NCBI GenBank assembly: GCA_017609465.1
Contig: JAFCDX010000003.1
Span: 46,712 to 110,711 of the forward strand
Length of the DNA: 64,000 bases
Source of the DNA: Candidatus Woesearchaeota archaeon
Lineage (GTDB): Archaea; Nanobdellota; Nanobdellia; SCGC-AAA011-G17; JAFCDX01
Reading direction: 5' to 3'
Part shown: positions 48,595 through 58,472 of the stretch, one piece after another
How positions within the stretch are numbered: the first letter of the stretch is position 1
How the letters are laid out: each line of letters starts with the position of its first letter
Translations under genes and position numbers: made by a program
The notes under the pieces: generated by a model
Seen by the model: only the letters and a program-made list of their open reading frames with translations
Databases searched by the model: none
What the model was told of the DNA's origin: nothing

Positions 48595-49464
48595 TCATTT
48601 AGATTCCCCTTGCAAAATTATTATATCCTCTGTTGTTAATTTTTTCTTTTTTCTGAATTTGTCAATTACACGATTGGTTCTTTCCCTGAAAGATTTGCTA
48701 AATTTCTTTTGTTTTGCTTTGGCAACTTTTCTATCATGCTTATCTAATTTATATTTAAGATTGCTTGCCTGCTTTAATCTTATTTTTAACCTATTATTTA
48801 CATTCAAGAACTCTTTTTTATAAGACACAAAACTATTGAATGCATCCTGCTGCATATTTCTTAATTCATTTATTTTTCTTGATAAATCTATAAATTGTGA
48901 GTACCCTCCTTTTCCTTTTACAGTCTCTATAAATCTTTTGTGAAATTCATTTGCCTTTGTTTTTGTTTCTGAGACCTCTTTGGAAATTTTATCTATTTTT
49001 TCAATAAGCTCTTTCATTTTGCTTCCTTCATAAATATTTTTTAATTCCTTTAGTTTTTTCATAAGTTTCTTCTCGTTTTCAAAGGAAGTCTCTGTTTCAA
49101 GCCTTGTTTCTATTGCTTCTATCCTTTTTTGTATCTTATAAGGGTCTTCCTTTATTTTATGTTTTTTGAAAATTTCAATTTTTTCCTTATTTAATCTTTG
49201 AAGCTTATTTATAAGAACTTTCATATAATCATTATACTTGTCTCTCTGTTGTTTTAATTCATTAATATCCATATTGGATTTGTCATTTGTTTGTTTTATT
49301 TCCCTTATCTCAGAAATCAAGTAAGAAATCTCTTTTTTCAGATTTTCTTTTTTTTCAAACCAAAATTCCTTGTTCTTGTTGGATTCATCCAATCTTTTTC
49401 TCAGATTGGAAATCTCATTAATCAAATCCTTATACTCTTTTCTTAATTGTTCAATATCTCGCAT
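48595..49464 (-). CDS. long coiled-coil protein with basic C-terminus, hypothetical
   Basis: Heptad-rich sequence throughout; no enzymatic motif. Confidence 0.35.
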   Translation of the reverse strand: MRDIEQLRKEYKDLINEISNLRKRLDESNKNKEFWFEKKENLKKEISYLISEIREIKQTNDKSNMDINELKQQRDKYNDYMKVLINKLQRLNKEKIEIFKKHKIKEDPYKIQKRIEAIETRLETETSFENEKKLMKKLKELKNIYEGSKMKELIEKIDKISKEVSETKTKANEFHKRFIETVKGKGGYSQFIDLSRKINELRNMQQDAFNSFVSYKKEFLNVNNRLKIRLKQASNLKYKLDKHDRKVAKAKQKKFSKSFRERTNRVIDKFRKKKKLTTEDIIILQGESK

Positions 49465-49485
49465 TTTAAAAAAAGAGAGCAGGGT

Positions 49486-49779
49486 TCAGCCAAATAGTGA
49501 TCCTAAACCTGCTGCAGCTTCTTTAGTTTCTTCTTCTTTCTCTTCCTTAGGTTCTTCTTTAACTTCTGCTTTTTCTGTAGTTCCTGCCGGAGCTGCTGTT
49601 GGCATTACTGCTTGCTTGATTGCTTCTTCAATATCAACACCATCCAATGCAGCAACCAATGCTTTAATCTCTGCTTCGGTTTTCTGTATCCCTACAGATT
49701 CTAGAACCTTTTTTATGTTTTCTTCATTTATTTCTTTTCCTGCTTTGTGTAGCAAAATTGCAGCATATATCAATTCCAT
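49486..49779 (-). CDS. 50S ribosomal stalk protein P1 (L12e)
   Basis: [30 protein letters not shown]...[12 protein letters not shown]. Confidence 0.85.
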   Translation of the reverse strand: MELIYAAILLHKAGKEINEENIKKVLESVGIQKTEAEIKALVAALDGVDIEEAIKQAVMPTAAPAGTTEKAEVKEEPKEEKEEETKEAAAGLGSLFG

Positions 49780-49797
49780 TTTATACCTCCATTATGA

Positions 49798-50904
49798 TTA
49801 TGAACCTATTAAATCTTCTGGTTTCGGCCCTTTCTTTATAGGTTTATCGTCTTTTTGACCTATTTTTAATGGCTCTTTTAATTTTTCATCCTGAAGTTGT
49901 TTTAATACATCTTGGGCCTTTTTTGTATTTTCTTCTATTTTCTTATTTTCATCAGATTCTTGATTTGGTTCTGGTTTTTGTTCTTCTTTTTTTTCTGTTT
50001 CCTTATTTTCTTCCGGACTTTCATTTTTAGTTTCTTCGATTTTTTCTTGAACTTCTTCCTTAGGTTCTTCTTTAACTTCTGCTTTTTCTGTAACTTCATG
50101 TTTTTTCTCTTCAAAAATTTCTTTTGTTTCTGAAACTTCTTTTATATCCAACCTTGAATTCAAGGTCTCTGCTTCAACAGATCCTTTTGATATTAATAAT
50201 TTTATATTCTCCTTTGTAGGGTATGTTATGTTTATTGTTAAGTTAAATGCCTGTGATATTGCTGTATTTAAATCTCCTATATATTTTTCATCATCTATAC
50301 TTAATACATCTCTTGTAAATATTGTTCCATTATCATAAGTTGCTATTAAATTAAGACCTATTTTCATAGGCTCTATACCGAGTTTTGATAATACTCCTGC
50401 AACATCTTCTTTTATCTCCTCTCCTGCCTTGACAACAACTTTGTCTTCTTGTATAGCAATCTTTCCTCCTTCAACAGAAGTCTTTAATCCTAATTTTCCT
50501 AATTCTCCTATTATTGGTCCAGGAGTAAATTCTGTAGCCCCTGCAGGTACTATAATATCATCTGGAGCTATTTGTCCTGGTTTTGCTGGAGCATTTGATC
50601 TGTTTTTTCTCAATCTTTTTGATAATTTAAATGAATCTTGTTTTGAGAATATTAACAAAGGAATTCCTTTCAAATGATTTTCAAGCTCTTTTATATTTTG
50701 TTTTTCAGAATTTTCCATGGCTATTTTTACAAGTCTCTTTTTAATCATTGTTGTTATAATATCTGGTTTTAATTTGAATCTTATATTTTGCAATTGCAAA
50801 GCAGGAAGATTAGTTACATCAGCTATACCAATAACAGGGTATTCTTCAATGAGTTTTTTTGTAAACTCTACTTTTTTCTTTTTATTTTCCTTTGACTTGC
50901 TCAT
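49798..50904 (-). CDS. 50S ribosomal stalk protein P0 (uL10) with atypical extended C-terminal tail
   Basis: uL10 core, then a K/E-rich tail ending KGPKPEDLIGS rather than the P1-like GLGSLFG. Shares a 38-nt identical stretch with P1. Confidence 0.75.
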   Translation of the reverse strand: MSKSKENKKKKVEFTKKLIEEYPVIGIADVTNLPALQLQNIRFKLKPDIITTMIKKRLVKIAMENSEKQNIKELENHLKGIPLLIFSKQDSFKLSKRLRKNRSNAPAKPGQIAPDDIIVPAGATEFTPGPIIGELGKLGLKTSVEGGKIAIQEDKVVVKAGEEIKEDVAGVLSKLGIEPMKIGLNLIATYDNGTIFTRDVLSIDDEKYIGDLNTAISQAFNLTINITYPTKENIKLLISKGSVEAETLNSRLDIKEVSETKEIFEEKKHEVTEKAEVKEEPKEEVQEKIEETKNESPEENKETEKKEEQKPEPNQESDENKKIEENTKKAQDVLKQLQDEKLKEPLKIGQKDDKPIKKGPKPEDLIGS

Positions 50905-51556
50905 CTTTCTCTCCTACTTTAATTGGTTTTCCCATTGTGGTTTTAAATAATATTGAATTAATATTGTTTTTTCCTTGCGGAAGTTCATGTTCCAAGCTTG
51001 AATATACTGTCATAGCATTATCTGCAAGTTCTTCATCCTTCATAGATTCTATTCCTATTGCTACTTTTATTATTGGCTCATTTTTTGTTGTTACACGAAT
51101 TGTTTTTTGAAGTTTTGCTACTAATGGCTTTAAATTAACATTTCCAGGAACAACGCACCCTGCTTTTGGATTAGGCATTTTCCCTCTTGGTCCTAATATT
51201 CTACCAAAAATCTTAGCAACTTCAGGCATTAAATTTGCCTGTGCTATGAAAAAATTATTTTCTTCAGCAAGTCTTTTTATATCCTGTTTTTTTAATTTTG
51301 AAAAATCATTGTGCATTATAACCTTATCACAATTACTTTCAGCCTCTTTTCTTAATTCCTCATCGGCCAAGCAACATAATTTTACTTTCTTTCCTCTCCC
51401 GTAAGGAAGATTTACAAAAAAATCCTGCTTATGGTCTTCTTTTTTAAGGTCCAATTGTTTTAAATTTATTATTAAATCAACAGTCTGGTCAAAATTTCTT
51501 TTCCTAGAATTCTCTCTTACTTTCTTTAATGTTTCTAATATTTCTTGTTTTTGCAT
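50882..51556 (-). CDS. rpl1: 50S ribosomal protein L1
   Basis: uL1 family sequence. Sits in the L1/P0/P1 operon. Confidence 0.8.
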   Translation of the reverse strand: MQKQEILETLKKVRENSRKRNFDQTVDLIINLKQLDLKKEDHKQDFFVNLPYGRGKKVKLCCLADEELRKEAESNCDKVIMHNDFSKLKKQDIKRLAEENNFFIAQANLMPEVAKIFGRILGPRGKMPNPKAGCVVPGNVNLKPLVAKLQKTIRVTTKNEPIIKVAIGIESMKDEELADNAMTVYSSLEHELPQGKNNINSILFKTTMGKPIKVGEKDEQVKGK

Positions 51557-51593
51557 TCTTATCCTCCTACTCTAGGTAGTTTAACGGATTTAT

Positions 51594-52142
51594 TTAATGA
51601 ATATGAGAATTATTTAAAGGTATCGGTTGTTTTAGTAAATAAACATATAATTCTTCAAAGAAAGGCAGTTTTTTTGTTTCTAATTTCTTAAAATTGTATC
51701 TGTATTTCTTAAATAAGAGCTCTACATTTCCCGTCAATGAAGAACATACTAATAATATCTTCCCTTTTTCCTCTAAATGTCCTTTAGTTTTTTTTAAAAA
51801 TCTCTCAATAATCTCGTATCCTTTTTTTCCGCCTGTTGTGGATAATTGAGAATCCCTTGGTTCATTTTTATCCATAGGCAAATAAGGAGGATTAAATATT
51901 ATTAAGTCAAACTTTCCTTTAACGTTTTCAAACAAATCTGATTTTATGCAGTTTATTCCTTTTTTTCTTGTATGTTCTACACATTCTTCATTTATATCAA
52001 TAGCAAGAACATCTTTTGTTTTTTTAAGTGCAGTTTCTGCTAATATCCCTGAACCTGTCCCAATATCAAGAACTTTTCCTTTTGCATATTTCTTAACATA
52101 TTTTTGAATTAAGAAAGAATCTTCTGATGGCTCATAAATCAT
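51594..52142 (-). CDS. HemK/Mtq2-type protein N5-glutamine methyltransferase (NPPY)
   Basis: VLDIGTGSGILAE (motif I) and LIIFNPPYLP. Confidence 0.65.
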   Translation of the reverse strand: MIYEPSEDSFLIQKYVKKYAKGKVLDIGTGSGILAETALKKTKDVLAIDINEECVEHTRKKGINCIKSDLFENVKGKFDLIIFNPPYLPMDKNEPRDSQLSTTGGKKGYEIIERFLKKTKGHLEEKGKILLVCSSLTGNVELLFKKYRYNFKKLETKKLPFFEELYVYLLKQPIPLNNSHIH

Positions 52143-52588
52143 TTTACTGCTCTGTAATATTCCCTAACTCTCTCTATTATTGAGTTTATGTAATATTTTT
52201 CAATTTTTTGTTCAAACAAATTTATTAGTTCTTCGTTTTCTGTTATTCTGTATCCATCTTGTATTTTTTCTATTAAAAATAAGTCTCTTAATCTTTTTAA
52301 CTGCCTTCTTATGTTTGAATGCGCTATACCTAACAAAGGAAGTTTTTTTTGTTTTCTTATTTTTATTACAGAGGATTGAACCTGTTCTGAAGTCAATGGG
52401 TCATTAGAATTAAGCATCACCATGAGAACATCAACAATTATATCTCTTGAATCTCCTGGCTGCAATAGTCCAGAAGACAAACATAATTTTCTCACTAATT
52501 CTCTTTTAGAACCTTTACCCGGCTTTTCATACCTTCTTAATGTTATCTCTGAGAAAGGTATGTCTCTTGAAATCCTCTTTTTCTTCAT
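52139..52588 (-). CDS. putative winged-helix DNA-binding protein
   Basis: Weak HTH-like segment; overlaps the methyltransferase start. Confidence 0.3.
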   Translation of the reverse strand: MKKKRISRDIPFSEITLRRYEKPGKGSKRELVRKLCLSSGLLQPGDSRDIIVDVLMVMLNSNDPLTSEQVQSSVIKIRKQKKLPLLGIAHSNIRRQLKRLRDLFLIEKIQDGYRITENEELINLFEQKIEKYYINSIIERVREYYRAVK

Positions 52589-52670
52589 ATTATTAAAAGA
52601 ATTTTGTTCTTTAAAAACATTAGGTTTTTGATGTAAAGATTTAAATATATCTTGCGTTCATATATAAAAT

Positions 52671-53024
52671 ATGACAGACTTAATAGCTTATTTATCAACA
52701 GGAAAAGGAACTTGGGGGCATGTAAACAGATTAATCCAAGATCAGAATTGGAATAAAATATACATAATAACAAATAATTTTGGAAAAGAAAACTTTCATC
52801 CGGAAAAAGAAGTGGAAATGATAGTTATTGATTCTAACCAAGGCATAAAAGAGATAAGAGACCAAATACAAAATGAACTTAAGGATAAAGTACAAGGAGA
52901 TGTTGCAGTAAACATAATCTCAGGAATTGGTAAGGAACATACTGCTTTGTTGGGGGCATTAATAAAATTGGGCATAGGGATAAGATTTGTAGCATTAACA
53001 AAGGAAGGCGTAGAGGAAATTTAG
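52671..53024 (+). CDS. hypothetical protein upstream of orc1/cdc6
   Basis: ORF only. The 'STGKGTWGH' segment could not be assigned. Confidence 0.3.
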   Translation: MTDLIAYLSTGKGTWGHVNRLIQDQNWNKIYIITNNFGKENFHPEKEVEMIVIDSNQGIKEIRDQIQNELKDKVQGDVAVNIISGIGKEHTALLGALIKLGIGIRFVALTKEGVEEI

Positions 53025-53083
53025 TTTTTTAATACTTACTACACTATCATAAAGTTTTTATATATACAATAAAATAATATATT

Positions 53084-54148
53084 ATGTCTATTTTTAAGGA
53101 TATGCTGAAGGACAATGAATCTTTATTTCTAGATGAGATAGCTCTTGATTTTGATTATGTTCCAAAAACATTAAAGCATAGAGAAAACGAGCAACAGTAT
53201 GTAGCAACGTGTATGAAACCGTTATTTAATGATAGAAATGGAAAAAATCTCTTCATAACAGGAAAGCCAGGAATAGGAAAAACAGCTGCAATAAAATGGG
53301 TATTAAGAGAATTGGAAAATGAAACCGATTCTATTTATACAATATATATAAACTGCTGGAAACATGATACAGCATACAAAATAATTCTAGATATTTGCTC
53401 TCAAATAAACTATAAATATACCCACAATAAAAAATCTGATGAGTTGTTAAAAAATGTATCTGATGTTATAAACAAAAAATCATTGGTTCTTGTTCTTGAT
53501 GAAGTAGATAAACTACAAGAGCAAAGCATTATTTATAATCTCTTAGAAAATATTTACAAAAAAATGATGATATTAATAACAAATGAAAATGATTTTCTTG
53601 CAACCTTAGATTCAAGAATAAAATCAAGACTTCTTCCAGAAACACTTGAATTCAGACCTTATAATTATGAAGAAACAAAATCAATATTAAAAGAAAGAAG
53701 AGATTATGCATTTGTGGAAGGAATATGGAATGAAGAAGGGTTCTGTAATATAGTTGATAAGACTTATGAAGCTAAAGATATAAGGACAGGATTGTATTTA
53801 ATGAGAGAAGCAGGAAATATTGCAGAAAATAAATCTTCAAGAAAAATAACAAAGGAATTTTCCGAATTGGCAATAAATAAATTATCAAACTACAAAATAA
53901 AAGATTCAAATAGTTTTGATGGGAGTAAAAAAGAAATTCTAAATATTGTTAAGGAAAACTCCGGCAAGAGGATAAAGGAATTATATAATATATATTTTGG
54001 AAAAGGATTCAACATAAGCTATAGAAGTTTTTTTAATAAAATAATGGAGCTTGAAAAGGCAGGAGTTGTTAATACACAAAGTGCTGAAGGAAGAGGAAAA
54101 AGCACATTAGTAAGCTATGGTTCTAAGAGATTAGATGAATTTAAATGA
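53084..54148 (+). CDS. cdc6: Orc1/Cdc6 replication initiator
   Basis: AAA+ Walker A FITGKPGIGKT, Walker B LVLDEVD, C-terminal winged helix. Confidence 0.8.
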   Translation: MSIFKDMLKDNESLFLDEIALDFDYVPKTLKHRENEQQYVATCMKPLFNDRNGKNLFITGKPGIGKTAAIKWVLRELENETDSIYTIYINCWKHDTAYKIILDICSQINYKYTHNKKSDELLKNVSDVINKKSLVLVLDEVDKLQEQSIIYNLLENIYKKMMILITNENDFLATLDSRIKSRLLPETLEFRPYNYEETKSILKERRDYAFVEGIWNEEGFCNIVDKTYEAKDIRTGLYLMREAGNIAENKSSRKITKEFSELAINKLSNYKIKDSNSFDGSKKEILNIVKENSGKRIKELYNIYFGKGFNISYRSFFNKIMELEKAGVVNTQSAEGRGKSTLVSYGSKRLDEFK

Positions 54149-54261
54149 ATTAACTCTTCTATTTCTCAATACAATCACAAATATATATTCCAATGGCTAT
54201 GTCTCAAAGTTGGAACTTAAATTTAGTGTCAAAAATAGGGTCTTTTGCTTATCTTTAGAAT

Positions 54262-54525
54262 TTATTCCTTTATTTTTTCTCTAATCTTCTTACCTTCTTC
54301 AGTAAGATCATAAACTCTACCACTTAATAAATTAGGAGTCAAGCATTTAGCTAGTTTTCTTTTAGTTAATTCAATAAGAACTCTTGAAGCTTCAGCAAGG
54401 TGTATTTTTAATTCTCTAGATAATTGCTTTGGAGTTTTAGGATTATCCATTTTCTTAATAACTTTCTTTCTTAACTTACCTCTTTCAACATAGCCATAAT
54501 TTTCCCAAAAATCTCTTTTTTTCAT
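54262..54525 (-). CDS. small winged-helix transcriptional regulator
   Basis: PKQLSRELKIHLAEASRVLIELTKRKL is HTH-like. Confidence 0.4.
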   Translation of the reverse strand: MKKRDFWENYGYVERGKLRKKVIKKMDNPKTPKQLSRELKIHLAEASRVLIELTKRKLAKCLTPNLLSGRVYDLTEEGKKIREKIKE

Positions 54526-54619
54526 TAAAATAAGTAGTTCTAAAGAAAGTAATAAGCCTACATCAGAAACGCATAAGGAATAGTAAGATTTATATAGGAA
54601 AAACCATTTTATAATTTAT

Positions 54620-56056
54620 ATGAGAAAAAATATTATATTAATATGTTTAATATTTTTAATTAGTATTTCTTTTGTAAATGCAAATGTTGAAACTATTAAT
54701 CAAGGAGATTCTACTGAAATAATAGAATCTATGGAAGATTCAAATTGTAACATAAAATGGGAATTAAGTGATTATAGTCCCATTGGTTATGTTGGTTCAA
54801 CCACCCCCCAAGGTTTAATTAGTATTTATGGTTTATATGATAATAAATACCTTATTTATCTTTATAGAGATAGTAAAGGAGAATATAATGTGATATATAA
54901 TCTTGAAGAGAATAAAGTTTTATCTTTATTACCTGATGATTATTTTATAAAAAAAGGAGGAAGTATTTTTTTATTAGAAAATACAAATAGGGATAAAGTT
55001 CTTGCTGTAGTCAATGAAGATGGAAGTCGTGGATGGGTAGAGATAAGAAAATTTTATTATTATGATTTTGTTAATAAAAAACCAATTTTTTTAGTAGATT
55101 CAAACAGATTATTTAAATTTCAAAAAGGAACTTCTCTATTAGAAGATGTTTATATGCTTTCAGATTTATCTCTTTTATATGGATTAGAAAAATCATCAAG
55201 CTATATAAAGGACGATATACAAATAATAGAAGGCCTTGGAACAGAATTGTGGAAATATGATTTTTATTCTGGAAATAAGATACTTATAAAAGAATTTGAG
55301 CCTAAACTAATAACGAGAACTATATGTAAAGAATTTAAAGATGGGGAATGTACAATAGAAGGTATTGTTACTACAAAAGAATCTCCAACAATTTCGTTCT
55401 TTAAGGGAAATAACAATGATGTAATTATAAGTATAAATTATGGTACTGGTGGAGAACATTCTATTAGTTCTTCAGAGTTTTGGATTTATGAAAATAATAA
55501 TTTAAGGAGATTGGAAAATATCCCTTCTGATTTAGGATATCTTAAATCAATTGAAGATAGATATATGGTTTTTGTGAAACCTGTTGAAGGTGAAATACAT
55601 GTTACTGAAGAATTACAAAGTGTAGAAGGATCTCAGGAATCTCCATTACAAGGAATTATAGAGAGTGAAAGAGCAGATTATGGGATTATTAGTGTAGTTG
55701 ATTTATATACTGGCTCATTAATTTACAATACTAAAGCATTAGAAGCCAGTTATATTGGAAATAATAAGTTAGCTTATTCTGAAAGCAGATTAATCTTTAT
55801 TTTAGATAAATTCTTACCCATTAATCTTTTAGAAAGATATTTGTCTCCTCATTTTATTTTATATGATTTAAAATCTTCAAAAGAATTTAAAATTCCTGTT
55901 GAAAATACTAAGGGATTGCCATCAATGGCATCTTATAAAAATAAATTGATATTCACTGAACCAACTGGAGAAAAATTTACTAAACAACCTAAAGAAGGGA
56001 TAATGTCAATTGGTGGGGGAGAAATTATTCACAGATTATATTCTTGTACCTTATAA
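54620..56056 (+). CDS. secreted protein, hypothetical
   Basis: Signal peptide MRKNIILICLIFLISISFVNA. Confidence 0.45.
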   Translation: MRKNIILICLIFLISISFVNANVETINQGDSTEIIESMEDSNCNIKWELSDYSPIGYVGSTTPQGLISIYGLYDNKYLIYLYRDSKGEYNVIYNLEENKVLSLLPDDYFIKKGGSIFLLENTNRDKVLAVVNEDGSRGWVEIRKFYYYDFVNKKPIFLVDSNRLFKFQKGTSLLEDVYMLSDLSLLYGLEKSSSYIKDDIQIIEGLGTELWKYDFYSGNKILIKEFEPKLITRTICKEFKDGECTIEGIVTTKESPTISFFKGNNNDVIISINYGTGGEHSISSSEFWIYENNNLRRLENIPSDLGYLKSIEDRYMVFVKPVEGEIHVTEELQSVEGSQESPLQGIIESERADYGIISVVDLYTGSLIYNTKALEASYIGNNKLAYSESRLIFILDKFLPINLLERYLSPHFILYDLKSSKEFKIPVENTKGLPSMASYKNKLIFTEPTGEKFTKQPKEGIMSIGGGEIIHRLYSCTL

Positions 56057-56182
56057 ATTTATTAAAAAATTATTAAGTTAAATATTTTCTTTAAATTCAT
56101 TGTTTAGTTAATCTATATTCTCTACTATAAAAATCTTATATATTATTAAGTATTATAATATAAAATTATATGGTGATATATA

Positions 56183-56320
56183 ATGGTTCAGATACAAATA
56201 AACTTATCAGAAGAGGAAAACAAAATAGTAAACATTGTAAAATCTGTTAAAGGATTTATAACAAAAGAAGAAGCCATCAAGTATATCATCAAACAATTTA
56301 AACCAAGTTTAAAACTATAA
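56183..56320 (+). CDS. small RHH-like protein, copy 2
   Basis: MVQIQINLSEEENKIVNIVKSVKGFITKEEAIKYIIKQFKPSLKL. Confidence 0.45.
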   Translation: MVQIQINLSEEENKIVNIVKSVKGFITKEEAIKYIIKQFKPSLKL

Positions 56321-56358
56321 AAATAACCAGAGAACCCGAAGGTTTTCATGAGGTCAAA

Positions 56359-57580
56359 ATGTCCCGGAAAGAACAATTCAACCTAAAGAATGAGAAGATT
56401 TCAGAACTTAAAAAACTTTCTGATATCCGAACAGAAAAAGCTTATTCTATTTTGAAGAATGGAAAGCCAGAAATAATAAATGAGCAGGAATTTCTAGTTC
56501 CAGCTTCAAATTCAAATTACAAATTTAAAGTAACACATAGAGACGCCTGGACTTGTGAATGTCTTGATTTTCAAAAGACTTGTAAAGATAAAGGATTATA
56601 TTGCAAGCATATTAAAGCAATTCAATTTTTTCTTAAATTAAGAAATAAGACAGAAATTGATAATATTTTAGATGAGAATCCAGAAAAAGAATGTATTTAC
56701 TGCAAATCCAAAAACATAATCAAAAGAGGCATAAGAAAAAGCAAGAAAGGAGATTTACAAAGATATTATTGCAAAGACTGCAAAAAGAGATTTATTCTAA
56801 ATCCAATAAAATATATTAAAATTGATGCTCAAAATATATGTTTAGAGTTATGGATTTATATTTCAAAGGGTTATCATTAAGAGATATTCAAGATACATTA
56901 GATCAATTTCATAAAATTGAAATTAGTCATGAAAGCATAAGAAGATACATAAGAAATTTTACTAAATTAATGAATAATTATGTTAAAAAAGAAACTAATG
57001 GAAAGCTAAAATTAGGTGGTAAATGGCAGACAGATGAACAAACTATTCAAGTGAGAAAGAAAAAACTATGGAATTGGAATACAATTGATACAAAAACCAA
57101 ATATTTAGTAGCTAATAACATAACAAAATCAAGATATTATGAAAATACTGTTAAAATAATGAAAAAGCCGAGGAAGAATGTGGAAGACCGAAAGAACTAA
57201 GAACTGATGGATTAAGAGGTTATTCTGGTGCGATTAGAAAAGTATTTGAGTTAAACAAGTTAAAATTTCCTTATACTGTTCATGTTAAATCAAAAGGATT
57301 TAGGGATAAGATTAATACTAATAACATAGAAAGGTACCATAATGAATAGAGAGATTTTGATAAAAGAAGAAGAGGATTTGGAAGTATGGAAACTGCTCAA
57401 GACTGGAATGAAGGTTATAGATTATTTCATAATGTAATAAGAAAGAATATGGCTTTAAATGGTCTAACTCCATTACAAAAGGCAGAAATTGACTTAGATC
57501 TTGGAAGAAATAGGTGGCTTGGATTATTGCTTAAGTTCCTAAATGGGACAAGTGAAGAAAACAGCAATAAAAGCCCATAA
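56359..57580 (+). pseudogene. IS transposase (zinc finger plus DDE) disrupted by frameshifts and a premature stop
   Basis: Zinc-finger segment 56359..56880, then DDE fragments 56838..57200 and 57386..57580 in different frames. Confidence 0.55.
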
Positions 57581-57691
57581 ACTGTGACATAGCCGTTCCA
57601 ATATATATTTTCTACTAAATTGCAATACTTGCAAAGTGTGCGCGCCAGATTTATAAATGAATTTTAAAATATCTTTATGGAGGTGGAAAAA

Positions 57692-57796
57692 ATGAAAATA
57701 ATACTTACAAACATGGACCAAGATAAAATATCAAAAATATTCAGTGAAAAGATAAACAATCTCCCAATGGAAGAAGATAATACAGAAATAGAATAA
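57692..57796 (+). CDS. small ORF (34 aa) with strong Shine-Dalgarno, hypothetical
   Basis: ggaggtgg lies 6 nt upstream of the ATG. Product MKIILTNMDQDKISKIFSEKINNLPMEEDNTEIE. Confidence 0.25.
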   Translation: MKIILTNMDQDKISKIFSEKINNLPMEEDNTEIE

Positions 57797-57851
57797 TTAT
57801 TTTTATTTTTTTTTACAAAACATTTTTAAAATTATTTCTTTTTATTAAAAT

Positions 57852-58451
57852 ATGAAAATACTAGCATTCGGGGATTTGCATAGCGATAAGAGAGCATTAA
57901 ACATATTGATAGATAAAGCTAAATTAAAATCTCCTGAACTCTTAGTATGCTCGGGGGATATATCTGATTTTGGGGAAAATATAGAAGAAATATTCGGAGA
58001 ACTGAACAAATTAAAAATACCTATGTTAATAATTCCAGGTAATCATGAAGATTCTAGAGTAATAGATCAATTATGTAAGAGGTATAAATTTGCGATAAAT
58101 ATTCACAAAGGATGTTATGAAAAAGAAAATTATTGTTTTTTTGGGTATGGGGAAGGTGGTTTTTCAGAAGAAGACCCTGATTTTGAGAGAATAACAGAAA
58201 GATTCATAGAAACTATCGATAAAGAAAAAAAAATAATATTAGTAGTTCATTCTCCTGTTTATAATACTAAAACAGATTTCTTAAATAGCCTTGGACATAG
58301 GGGAAGCAAGAGCATAAGAAAATTCATAGAAAAATATAATCCCAAGTTAGTTGTTTGTGGGCACTTCCATGAAACTTTTGGTGAAATTGATAATATAAAA
58401 AACACGACAATAATAAACCCTGGACCTGTTGGAAAAATAATTTTAATTTAA
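57852..58451 (+). CDS. calcineurin-like metallophosphoesterase
   Basis: MKILAFGDLHSD...GDISDFG...IPGNHEDS. Confidence 0.65.
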   Translation: MKILAFGDLHSDKRALNILIDKAKLKSPELLVCSGDISDFGENIEEIFGELNKLKIPMLIIPGNHEDSRVIDQLCKRYKFAINIHKGCYEKENYCFFGYGEGGFSEEDPDFERITERFIETIDKEKKIILVVHSPVYNTKTDFLNSLGHRGSKSIRKFIEKYNPKLVVCGHFHETFGEIDNIKNTTIINPGPVGKIILI

Positions 58452-58472
58452 AAATAAAAAAAGAAATAAAAT

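Larger units (their letters stand above)
56080..57655 (+). mobile_element. IS-like element, copy 2 (degenerate)
   Basis: Homologous to 1722..3240 in the same orientation. The transposase is split by frameshifts and a stop. Confidence 0.55.

Noticed and set aside
1722-57655. The two IS copies forming a 54-kb composite transposon
   Set aside because: The intervening DNA is core housekeeping (radA, ribosomal operons, aaRS genes, cdc6). Both copies are degenerate. The direct repeats of an IS are better explained as independent old insertions.
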